Origin: Bacteroidia bacterium
GTDB lineage: Bacteria; Bacteroidota; Bacteroidia; B-17B0; Aurantibacillaceae
Assembly: GCA_035405785.1 (NCBI GenBank)
Contig: DAONJS010000007.1
Location: 49,620-113,619, forward strand
Length of the DNA: 64,000 nucleotides
Direction of reading: 5' to 3'
Within the stretch, counting starts at the first letter, position 1. Each line of letters starts with the position of its first letter. The translations under genes and the position numbers were made by a program. Below, in pieces: positions 18,993-27,598 of this stretch. The notes under the pieces were generated by a model. That model was not told the DNA's origin and made no database searches. It saw only the letters and a program-made list of their open reading frames with translations.

Positions 18993-19547
18993 TTAATATA
19001 CTGCCGAAGCAAGTGTTTTAATATCTTCGCTGGCTTTTAGTCCATATTTAGTAGCATTTTGTTTATTGTATTCAAATTTTTGTTTATTATCTATTACCAC
19101 AAAATTGATTACAGCATGGGTTTTTGCGGCTCCTTCTTGTTCTGTAATTAATAAGGTTCCTTTACCTTTAAGTTGTGAAGCAAAAGATTTTATGCTAGCA
19201 GAATTTTCAGAAGTAATAAATAAAACATGTGGTATTTTATTCTTGTCAATTTTATCACTGTTAATCAATTCAACCTTTTGTCCACCAATAGTTCTTTTTG
19301 AAACAACATTCTCATTTAATTCTTTTATGAGAGAACTGGCGTTACCAACTATTTGAATAATAAAATTACCATTTTTTGAATTAGCAGGCCATTCAAAATA
19401 TCTGGTGAGATTATAAATATATACGGCTTTAATTTTAGCATTGACATCGTAGTCCTGCTTAAAAGAACTAAATAAGAATAAAGCAAGTATAGAAAATAAT
19501 ATATGTTTTGAAAATGATTTCAATTCCAATAAATAATTTGCAAGCAA
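18993..19547 (-). CDS. YfiR-like periplasmic protein (DUF4154 family)
   Basis: Motifs remembered from DUF4154: IKAVYIYNLTRYFEWP, VELINS...PHVLFI, GTLLITEQEG...AVINFVV, KFEYNKQNATKYGLKAS. The only in-frame starts are TTG (19547, or 19523 giving MKSFSKHILF...). Confidence 0.65.
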   Translation of the reverse strand: MLANYLLELKSFSKHILFSILALFLFSSFKQDYDVNAKIKAVYIYNLTRYFEWPANSKNGNFIIQIVGNASSLIKELNENVVSKRTIGGQKVELINSDKIDKNKIPHVLFITSENSASIKSFASQLKGKGTLLITEQEGAAKTHAVINFVVIDNKQKFEYNKQNATKYGLKASEDIKTLASAVY

Positions 19548-19578
19548 AAGTAATAAAAAATAATCTAATATGCCAAAC

Positions 19579-20886
19579 TCACCTTAAAACTAATAATCTT
19601 TGAGCATCTAACTTTAAAAAGATAAACAGTAAAATTGTAAATCCCCAAAGAGATGATCCTCCATAACTAAAAAATGGCAAGGGAATTCCAATGACAGGTA
19701 ATATGCCTATTGTCATACCTACATTGATAGTCAAGTGAAAGAATAAAATAGATGCTACTCCATATCCATATATTCTTGAAAACTCTGACCTTTGTCGTTC
19801 TGCTAAATTGATTATGCGAATTATTAAAATAGCAAATAGAACAAGAACAAAGGTACTTCCAATAAATCCCCATTCTTCTCCAACTGTACAAAATATAAAA
19901 TCTGTATCTTGTTCTGGAACAAAGTTGTATTTTGTTTGAGTTCCTTTTAAAAAACCTTTTCCAGTTAAACCACCAGATCCAATTGCAATTTTTGATTGAT
20001 GAACATTATATCCTTCTTTTTTCAAATTTATTTCACCTCTTCCTAATAAAACATCTATTCTTCCTCTTTGATGGGGCTGAAGTTTAGAATAAATAAAATT
20101 ACTTGAAAATACAAATAAAGAAGCCAGTGCAATATAGGATATTTTAATTAAAAAATTTTTCCAGGAATGTTTTCCAAAATAAAACCACAAAATAAAAAAT
20201 ACAATAAAAACAATGTAAAAATATTGTTGAGGGATAAGTAAGGAAAGTATAAATAACACCACAGCTAAAAATCCTATTATGATAAAATTAACTGATAATC
20301 CTTCTCTGTATAAAGTAATGACAAATGAAGCAAATGTAATAGCAAGCCCCGTTTCATTTTGCAATGCAATAATAACAATAGCAGGAATTCCAATAATTAA
20401 AAAACTCATGAATGTATTTTTATACATAAAGAAATAGTCAGCTAATTTTTTATATCTTTTGGTGGAGATTACAGACAAATTTTGATTTGATAAAAATTTT
20501 GCAAGTGCCAGATTAGTAGCAAATTTCATAAACTCAGCTGGTTGAATGCCAAAATCTCCAAATCTAAACCAAGATTTACTCCCTTTGATTTCTTTACCTA
20601 AAAATGGAACGGCGATATTTATTAATAAAATAACAATATAAAACCCATAAGCAAAAACTGTATAAAAATCAGCTTCAATAATAAGAATTGCAAATGCTAT
20701 AACTAATGCTGTGATTATCCAAATCATTTGTTTTCCATACTTTTGAGAAATATCAAAAATACTTTGATGTTGTTCGTCATACACAGCAGCATAGATATTA
20801 AGCCACCCAAGTATTACAAGTATTAAATATAAAATAACAGTTATCCAATCAATGCCTAAGAATGGATTTTCTTCTTTAATTCTCAT
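19579..20886 (-). CDS. rodA: Rod shape-determining protein RodA (SEDS family)
   Basis: FtsW/RodA/SpoVE motifs (QPAEFMKF, TDFIFCTVGEEWGF, GIPLPFFSYGGSS). Directly downstream of PBP2. Confidence 0.9.
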   Translation of the reverse strand: MRIKEENPFLGIDWITVILYLILVILGWLNIYAAVYDEQHQSIFDISQKYGKQMIWIITALVIAFAILIIEADFYTVFAYGFYIVILLINIAVPFLGKEIKGSKSWFRFGDFGIQPAEFMKFATNLALAKFLSNQNLSVISTKRYKKLADYFFMYKNTFMSFLIIGIPAIVIIALQNETGLAITFASFVITLYREGLSVNFIIIGFLAVVLFILSLLIPQQYFYIVFIVFFILWFYFGKHSWKNFLIKISYIALASLFVFSSNFIYSKLQPHQRGRIDVLLGRGEINLKKEGYNVHQSKIAIGSGGLTGKGFLKGTQTKYNFVPEQDTDFIFCTVGEEWGFIGSTFVLVLFAILIIRIINLAERQRSEFSRIYGYGVASILFFHLTINVGMTIGILPVIGIPLPFFSYGGSSLWGFTILLFIFLKLDAQRLLVLR

Positions 20887-22803
20887 TTATCTTGATTTTT
20901 TTCTATTTTTATTTTGTTGCTTTTTTTTCTTGTCAGGCATACCGCTTTTAATGTAATCTAAATTTGCTTTAATTAAGTTTGCTTCAACCATTCTTTTTTC
21001 TAAATCTGGTCTTGAAATTTTACCCTTTAAATATTTTTCAATCATAAGTGAAGCAATAGGTGCTGCCCAAACACCACCAAATCCAGAATTTTCTACAATT
21101 ACGGAAATAGCAATTTTTGGATTATCTTTTGGAGCAAAAGCAAAAAACAATGCATGATCTTTTCCGTGAGGATTTTCTGCAGTTCCAGTTTTTCCGCATA
21201 TCTTTATATCTTTTATTTTTGCTGATGTTGCCGTACCTGCTTCTACTACTTTTTCCATTCCGTTAATTACTCTTTCATAATATTCTAATTCAGTTACATA
21301 AGTATAATGTTTAATTTTAAAAGTACTGTCCAGATATTTTTCATGTCCTACACCTTTGATTAAATGTGGTGTATAATAATAACCACGATTTGCTATAATA
21401 CACATCACATTAGCAAGTTGAATAGGTACTGCTGTGAGCTCTGCTTGCCCTATACCTAAAGATATAACAGTACTTGCAAACCATCTTCCTTTTCCAAACA
21501 CTTTATCATAATACTTAATAGATGGAACATTCCCTGGTTTTTCATAAGGAATATCATAGTTTAATTTTCTACCTATTCCAAAACTCATAACCGCATCTCT
21601 CCAGTGTTGATAAGCATTTTGAAAGTTTCCCCACATTTTGTAATTTTCTACTATGCTTTTAAAAACATAAGAATAGTATGAATTACATGAATATTGAATG
21701 GACATTTCTAAATTTGGAGTAGGGTGTGGGTGACATTTAGGTCTTCCGCCCATTGGAGGATAACCTCTTGCACAGGGATAAACCGTATTAGGAAATAATA
21801 CACCATCTTTTTGACCAATCAAAGCATCAATTAATTTGAATGTTGATCCTGGTGGATACATTGCTTGTGTGGCTCTATTAAATAACGGGACATTGATAGT
21901 ATCTGCCAATAATTTAGCAAAGTTTTTGTTTCTTTCTCTTCCGCCAACTAATAAATTAGGGTCATAAGCAGGACTTGAAACTAAACATAAAATTTCTCCA
22001 GTAGATGGTTCAATAGCAACAATACTTCCCTTTTTATTTTTCATCAGATATTCTCCATATTCCTGCAAGTCCATATCAATTGAGGAATACAAAGGTTTTC
22101 CAGGAATAGCAAGTGTATCAAATTTACCATCCATAAATCTACCTACTTCACGATTATGAACATCTTTTATAATGATTCTTGTTCCTTTTTTACCACGCAG
22201 AAATTTTTCATAACTATACTCAATTCCACTAATGCCAATATAATCACCTTCTTTGTAATACGGATCTTTTTCGGCTTTTGTTTTGCTTACTTCTCCTATG
22301 TAACCAAGAGCATGAGCCGCAATGGGCTTAGGGTATTTACGAATTGATCTTACCTGTACAAAAAATCCATTAAAGCGATACATTTTTTCCTGCAATGCCG
22401 CGTACATTTTTACAGATAATTGTTTTTCAAATATACTTTGTTTTCTTGGAGAATTTGGTGGAAGTGAAAGTTTGGTCATTCTATTGATAAATTCTTCTTT
22501 ACTAATATCTAAAATTTCACACAATGCTAATGTATCACAACCTTTTGCTTCTTTAGGAACTACCATCAAATCATAAGATGGTTCATTCATTACCAATAAT
22601 TTACCATTACGGTCATAAATATAACCTCTTGGTGGATATTCAGTCAAAAATTCAAATGCATTGATTTGAGCATAAACTTTATATTGGTCATCTATAATTT
22701 GTAAATAAAACAAACGTACAACATATAAGAATATAACTATAATGATAAATATAATTATTGAATATCTCCTTTGTGCTAATTGTATTTTTTGATTTCTGTT
22801 CAT
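20887..22803 (-). CDS. mrdA: Penicillin-binding protein 2 (elongasome transpeptidase)
   Basis: Transpeptidase motifs STFK (PPGSTFKL), SCN (YSCNSY) and KTG (GKTGTAE). ATGA overlap with mreD. Confidence 0.9.
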   Translation of the reverse strand: MNRNQKIQLAQRRYSIIIFIIIVIFLYVVRLFYLQIIDDQYKVYAQINAFEFLTEYPPRGYIYDRNGKLLVMNEPSYDLMVVPKEAKGCDTLALCEILDISKEEFINRMTKLSLPPNSPRKQSIFEKQLSVKMYAALQEKMYRFNGFFVQVRSIRKYPKPIAAHALGYIGEVSKTKAEKDPYYKEGDYIGISGIEYSYEKFLRGKKGTRIIIKDVHNREVGRFMDGKFDTLAIPGKPLYSSIDMDLQEYGEYLMKNKKGSIVAIEPSTGEILCLVSSPAYDPNLLVGGRERNKNFAKLLADTINVPLFNRATQAMYPPGSTFKLIDALIGQKDGVLFPNTVYPCARGYPPMGGRPKCHPHPTPNLEMSIQYSCNSYYSYVFKSIVENYKMWGNFQNAYQHWRDAVMSFGIGRKLNYDIPYEKPGNVPSIKYYDKVFGKGRWFASTVISLGIGQAELTAVPIQLANVMCIIANRGYYYTPHLIKGVGHEKYLDSTFKIKHYTYVTELEYYERVINGMEKVVEAGTATSAKIKDIKICGKTGTAENPHGKDHALFFAFAPKDNPKIAISVIVENSGFGGVWAAPIASLMIEKYLKGKISRPDLEKRMVEANLIKANLDYIKSGMPDKKKKQQNKNRKKSR

Positions 22804-23318
22804 CTATTTTTTACACGAAAGAATATCAAATGAAAAAAGTAAATAAGTGCAACTGATACAATGCTACTACAAATGGTTCTTAAAATAATTTCAAATAAAT
22901 ATCTTGCAGAAAATGCTTCTAATGTAAATAAAGTAAAATGGTGTAAAAAAACGATTGGTGTAATATATTTCAAAAACCAATCTCTGTTAGTCATAGCCAC
23001 AACAGGTAATTGATTTTCTTCATATCTTTCTGAAGGTTCTATTATTTTAAGCCAGTAATATCTTAAATATGAAATTAAAGTTGTAGAAGCCGCATGAATT
23101 CCGCCTGTGTAATAAAATATATCCATCAATCCACCAAGTAAAAAACCTAAGATTAAAACCAGATATTTATTTGTATGAACAGGCAAAGTAATTAAAAACA
23201 TAATATAAAAAAATGGCACACAATACACGGATAAATATATTTTTTGAAAAATAACAACTTGCATGAATATTAAAAACAACAATTGAAAAATATATGATAA
23301 AACTAAATTAGCAGACAT
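22800..23318 (-). CDS. mreD: Rod shape-determining protein MreD
   Basis: 172-aa polytopic membrane protein between mreC and mrdA. Confidence 0.75.
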   Translation of the reverse strand: MSANLVLSYIFQLLFLIFMQVVIFQKIYLSVYCVPFFYIMFLITLPVHTNKYLVLILGFLLGGLMDIFYYTGGIHAASTTLISYLRYYWLKIIEPSERYEENQLPVVAMTNRDWFLKYITPIVFLHHFTLFTLEAFSARYLFEIILRTICSSIVSVALIYFFHLIFFRVKNR

Positions 23319-23324
23319 AAAAAA

Positions 23325-24149
23325 TTATTTGAAAGAGATATTTTGAAGTGAATCTAATTCATCTTTATATAAATGTTTTACTACATAAACATGTTTCACA
23401 GAACTAAAATCTGTAAATATCTTTACATTTACAGTATAAAAAGGATTTTTTTGTTTTCTTTCAAAACTTTCTACAACGCCAACAGGTAAATACATTGGAA
23501 AAATATGAGAAAAATGAGAAGTATAAACTGTATCACCTTTTTTGATTTTTGCGTGTAAAGGAACATCATTCATTTGCAAGTAATTTTTGCTTTTTCCATC
23601 CCAAGATAAAGGGCCACAAGAACCATCTTTCAACATGCAATTGACTAAAAAATCTTTATGTAAAAGAGTAATAACTGTTGAATAATGTTCGGATACATCT
23701 TTCACACTGCCTATAATACCATTGTCTGTTATTACAGCCATATCTCTTTGAATGCCTTTATTCTTGCCGATATTTAGAGTGATGTAATTTTTTTGATTAC
23801 TAAATGTGCTGTTAATAACTATGGCAGGTATAAATGTATATTCTTGATGTAAGCTTGTATCTTTTGATGTTATTTCTTTATTAGAAATAATATTGTAAGC
23901 AAAATAACTTTTGTTCAGCAACGCACTATTTAATTGAGATAATTTTTCATTTTCTTCTTTTAATGAAAAATACTGATACATTTTAGATTTTTGATCATAC
24001 CATTTTCCTGCCCATTCATTTGCTAGATTATTAATAACAATAGAGGAATATTTATTAGATTGAAATAACCAATAAAAAGCAACTACTTCAAGAAAAATAA
24101 ATAAAATTCCATAAAGACGATGAAGTATAAATGTTACTAATGCTCTCAC
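23325..24149 (-). CDS. mreC: Rod shape-determining protein MreC
   Basis: N-terminal TM, coiled coil (ENEKLSQLNSALL), beta-rich C-terminus with GDTVYTS. Position after mreB. Confidence 0.8.
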   Translation of the reverse strand: MRALVTFILHRLYGILFIFLEVVAFYWLFQSNKYSSIVINNLANEWAGKWYDQKSKMYQYFSLKEENEKLSQLNSALLNKSYFAYNIISNKEITSKDTSLHQEYTFIPAIVINSTFSNQKNYITLNIGKNKGIQRDMAVITDNGIIGSVKDVSEHYSTVITLLHKDFLVNCMLKDGSCGPLSWDGKSKNYLQMNDVPLHAKIKKGDTVYTSHFSHIFPMYLPVGVVESFERKQKNPFYTVNVKIFTDFSSVKHVYVVKHLYKDELDSLQNISFK

Positions 24150-24162
24150 ACAATATTAAGAA

Positions 24163-25182
24163 TTATTCCATTATGAATTTATATTTACGATGATTCTTTA
24201 ATGCAATGTTTGTTCCTCTTGCTACAGCTCTTAAAGGATCTTCACAAACATGAACAGTTAATTTCGTTTTTAAAGAAATTCTTTTATCTAATCCTCTTAA
24301 TAATGAACCTCCGCCCGCCATATAAATACCTTTCTGATAAATATCTGCGGCTAATTCTGGCGGTGCCATTTCAAGTGCAGTAACTATCGCTTCTTCAATT
24401 TTAGAAATGGATTTTTCCAAACAATGAGCAATTTCAGTATAACTCACATATACTTCTTTTGGCAAGCCACTCATTGTATCTCTACCTCTTACAGGAAAAT
24501 CAGGCGGTGGATTATCTAATTCAACGGTGGCAGCACCTACTTCAATTTTTAATCTTTCAGCAGATCTTTCTCCAATTTGCAAATTATGCTGTCTGCGAAC
24601 AAATTCTTCTATATCAGCATTAAATTCATCACCTGCAATACGAATGGACTTATCACATACAATACCACCTAATGAAATAACAGCAATTTCAGTGGTTCCG
24701 CCACCAATATCAATAATCATGTTTCCTTCTGGTGCTTCTACATCAATGCCCATACCCAATGCTGCTGCCATCGGCTCATGAATCATATACACTTCTTTTG
24801 CTCCAGAATGTTCTGCACTATCTCTTACTGCTCTTTTTTCTACTTCGGTAATTCCTGATGGAATACATACCATCATTTTCAATGATCTTGTAAATAATCC
24901 TCTGTTAGGAATAATCATTTTAATCATTCCTTTAATCATTTCTTCGGCGGCTTGAAAGTCAGCAATTACACCATCTTTCAAAGGACGAATTGTTTCAATG
25001 TGTTTGTGTTCTTTACCATGCATCATTTGAGCAGCTTTACCAACGGCAATAACTTTGTTGGTAGTTTTATCAATGGCCACAATGCTGGGTTCATCCACAA
25101 CAATTTTATCATTATGATAAATAATAGTATTGGCTGTACCTAAATCAATAGCCAATTCATCTGTCAAAAAATTTCCAAACAT
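24163..25182 (-). CDS. mreB: Rod shape-determining protein MreB
   Basis: Actin-fold motifs IDLGTANT, DIGGGTTEIAV, GIYMAGGGSLLRGLD. Confidence 0.95.
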   Translation of the reverse strand: MFGNFLTDELAIDLGTANTIIYHNDKIVVDEPSIVAIDKTTNKVIAVGKAAQMMHGKEHKHIETIRPLKDGVIADFQAAEEMIKGMIKMIIPNRGLFTRSLKMMVCIPSGITEVEKRAVRDSAEHSGAKEVYMIHEPMAAALGMGIDVEAPEGNMIIDIGGGTTEIAVISLGGIVCDKSIRIAGDEFNADIEEFVRRQHNLQIGERSAERLKIEVGAATVELDNPPPDFPVRGRDTMSGLPKEVYVSYTEIAHCLEKSISKIEEAIVTALEMAPPELAADIYQKGIYMAGGGSLLRGLDKRISLKTKLTVHVCEDPLRAVARGTNIALKNHRKYKFIME

Positions 25183-25198
25183 CTTAAAATATTTTGCA

Positions 25199-25206
25199 CA
25201 AAATTA
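25199..25206 (-). promoter_or_regulatory. Candidate Bacteroidota -7 box (TAATTTTG) for the mreB operon
   Basis: Reverse complement of caaaatta matches TAnnTTTG, 17 nt upstream of the mreB ATG. Confidence 0.35.
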
Positions 25207-25296
25207 CGCAGAAATTCAAGGGAAATGGAATTAAAATTTCATAAAATTATTCACAATACAATGTTAGTTGTAAAAAAATGATTCTGATAAATAAGT

Positions 25297-26265
25297 TTAT
25301 TTATTTGATTTAAAAATGAATGTCCCTTTTTCTCCTGAAGAAAGCCAGTATCCGCGATACATTCCTGTTGTGTTGAAATCCATAACGAAATTTCCATTTT
25401 TATCAATTCCAATAATACCGCCTGTTCCACCAACTGGTAATAACTCATTGAATAAAATCTCATGTGTAGCGTCTTGTAAAGATTGATTTGCATAAAACAT
25501 TTTACTGTGAATACTATGTGCTACGGCATAACGAATAAAAAATTCTCCATGACCTGTGCAAGAAATAGCACAAGTATTATTATTTGCATAAGTGCCTGCT
25601 CCAATTATGGGCGAATCTCCAACTCTTCCTGGAAGTTTATCCATCATACCACCTGTAGAAGTGCCAGCGGCTAAATTTCCATTTTTATCTAATGCTACTG
25701 CTCCTACAGTGCCATGTTTATCTGTTTTGGATTTTTGTTTTTCTTTCCATTGTTTCAATTTCTTTTCATCATAAAAATAATTGGTATCTATTAAAGCATT
25801 TCCTTTTGACACCCACACATCTTCTGCACCTTTACCAACCATCATTACATGAGGCGTTTGTTCCATTACTAATCTGGCAGCTTCAATAGGATTTTTAATT
25901 CTTCTAACGCCAGCAACAGATCCGGCTTTTAGTTCTTTCCCTTCCATTATAGATGCGTCCATTTCAATTTGACCTTTATTGTTGTAAACAGAACCTTTGC
26001 CAGCATTGAATAATGGGCTATCTTCCATAATTTTAATAGCGGCCACTACTGCATCAGTTGCATTACCACCTTTTTCTAAAATAGAATATCCTGCTTGAAG
26101 GGCTTCTTGCATCTTTTGATGATATGCTTCTTCTAGTTCTTTTGAAAAATGTTCAGGTAAGATGTTTCCTGCACCACCGTGAATTACTATTCCAAATTTT
26201 TGTTGGCTCATAATCATGTTAATTAAAAACATTATAAAGATTGTGGTTATTATTGATTTTTTCAT
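25297..26265 (-). CDS. Isoaspartyl peptidase / L-asparaginase (Ntn hydrolase)
   Basis: Signal peptide, HGGAG, autocleavage and nucleophile site HGTVGAVALD, GAGTYA. Confidence 0.85.
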   Translation of the reverse strand: MKKSIITTIFIMFLINMIMSQQKFGIVIHGGAGNILPEHFSKELEEAYHQKMQEALQAGYSILEKGGNATDAVVAAIKIMEDSPLFNAGKGSVYNNKGQIEMDASIMEGKELKAGSVAGVRRIKNPIEAARLVMEQTPHVMMVGKGAEDVWVSKGNALIDTNYFYDEKKLKQWKEKQKSKTDKHGTVGAVALDKNGNLAAGTSTGGMMDKLPGRVGDSPIIGAGTYANNNTCAISCTGHGEFFIRYAVAHSIHSKMFYANQSLQDATHEILFNELLPVGGTGGIIGIDKNGNFVMDFNTTGMYRGYWLSSGEKGTFIFKSNK

Positions 26266-26276
26266 AGATAAAAATT

Positions 26277-26636
26277 TTAAAGTTCATTTTGCATCTTATT
26301 ATATGATACAAAAGTAAGGATTAATGCGTAAATAAAGAAAAATAAAAACCCTGCTGAAAAACTGATTTTAAAATTTCCTGCATTTGAAAAATTGGCCACA
26401 ATGTTGTCTAAGAAATTCTTTAAGAATAAAGCAATAAAAAACATTTCCAATCCCCATTTTTTTAAGTGCCAGATTCCAATGGTTGCTATAAATAAAAAAG
26501 CAATGATGATGCCATAAATACTAGGTAAAAGCAAATGAATTTTTTTTGTTTCAGGTGAAAATACAGATGGAAAAAGCACAAATAACCATATCCATCCAGA
26601 TAAACAAAATAGGGTGATATACCAGGGTCTTTTCAT
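26277..26636 (-). CDS. Small membrane protein, hypothetical
   Basis: 119 aa with four hydrophobic spans. Confidence 0.5.
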   Translation of the reverse strand: MKRPWYITLFCLSGWIWLFVLFPSVFSPETKKIHLLLPSIYGIIIAFLFIATIGIWHLKKWGLEMFFIALFLKNFLDNIVANFSNAGNFKISFSAGFLFFFIYALILTFVSYNKMQNEL

Positions 26637-26652
26637 TTTATTTTTTTAAATT

Positions 26653-26714
26653 TTCGATATTCAATATTCAATGTTCAATGTTCAATGTTCAATGCTCAAT
26701 GCTCAATTTTCAAT
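26653..26714. repeat. Heptanucleotide array, TTCAATG family (9 units)
   Basis: ttcgata ttcaata ttcaatg x4 ctcaatg ctcaatt ttcaat. Ends 17 nt from the start codon at 26636. Confidence 0.9.
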
Positions 26715-26750
26715 AAAGTATTTTAGTAACAATTTAAAATTCATAATAAA

Positions 26751-27398
26751 TTATTTTTCACGAACAAACATATTATATTTTTTTTCATGGGCTATGGTTG
26801 TTGATGGGCCATGGCCTGAGTAAATGATGGTAGAATCGGGTAAAGTGTATAATTTTTTTTGAATTGAATAAGATAATACTTCAAAGTCACCTTTTGGTAA
26901 ATCTGTTCTTCCAATACTTTCATAAAACAATACATCGCCAGCAATAGCAAAACCATCTTTTTTACTGTAATATGTTATGCTTCCCGGACTGTGTCCTGGT
27001 GTGTGAATACATAATAATTCTGATTGTCCAAATTTTATGACATCACCATCATTGATAAACTTTTCTGGTAATGGAGATGGTATACAGGGAATACCATACA
27101 TTTTTGCAGTTAATTCATGTGATTGAATAAGAAATAAATCTTCTTTATGAACTTCTGGAAGTAATTGATATTTAGAAAAAACCGCATCATTTCCTGCAAT
27201 ATGATCTAAATGTCCATGTGTGAGTAATAAACGAACGGGTTTTAAATGATTTTGTTCAATAAAACTGAAAAGCATTTTATCCTCATCGGGAGTAGTATTT
27301 CCAGGGTCAATGATGATACATTCTTTAGTTTTATCCCAAATGATATAAGTGTTTTCCTGAAAGTATCCAAAAATAAAAGAATGAACAAACATATTCAA
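26751..27398 (-). CDS. MBL-fold metallo-hydrolase (glyoxalase II-like)
   Basis: THGHLDHIAG metal motif, HTPGHSPGS, GDVLF...GRTD. Confidence 0.85.
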   Translation of the reverse strand: MNMFVHSFIFGYFQENTYIIWDKTKECIIIDPGNTTPDEDKMLFSFIEQNHLKPVRLLLTHGHLDHIAGNDAVFSKYQLLPEVHKEDLFLIQSHELTAKMYGIPCIPSPLPEKFINDGDVIKFGQSELLCIHTPGHSPGSITYYSKKDGFAIAGDVLFYESIGRTDLPKGDFEVLSYSIQKKLYTLPDSTIIYSGHGPSTTIAHEKKYNMFVREK

Positions 27399-27423
27399 TA
27401 ATTTATGCTGTAAATATAATAAA

Positions 27424-27536
27424 GAGAATAGTGAATAGTGAAAAACGAAAAGTGAATAGGGAAAAGTTTTGAGTTTTTAGTGTTTAGTTTTTAGATGTTT
27501 TTGTTTCAAAATAATTAACTCAAAACTCAAAACTAA
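27424..27536. repeat. Heptamer arrays (GTGAATA family, then AAAACTC family in inverted orientation)
   Basis: gagaata gtgaata gtgaaaa acgaaaa gtgaata gggaaaa. Then ttttgagtttttagtgtttagtttttag (27467-27494), which can pair with aactcaaaactcaaaactaa (27517-27536). Confidence 0.85.
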
Positions 27537-27598
27537 TAAAATCCTTTGCGACTTTGCGTCTTGGTTTAATTTTAAACTGAATTAGTAACAAAAGTATA

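Noticed and set aside
24201-25143. Plus-strand ORFs antisense to mreB (24201-24383, 24527-24781, 24952-25143)
   Set aside because: mreB is unambiguous on the minus strand, and the antisense translations have no recognisable features.
25251-25493. 80-aa minus-strand ORF overlapping the 3' end of the asparaginase gene
   Set aside because: It is an alternative frame of the same strand across a well-supported gene, with no independent signals.
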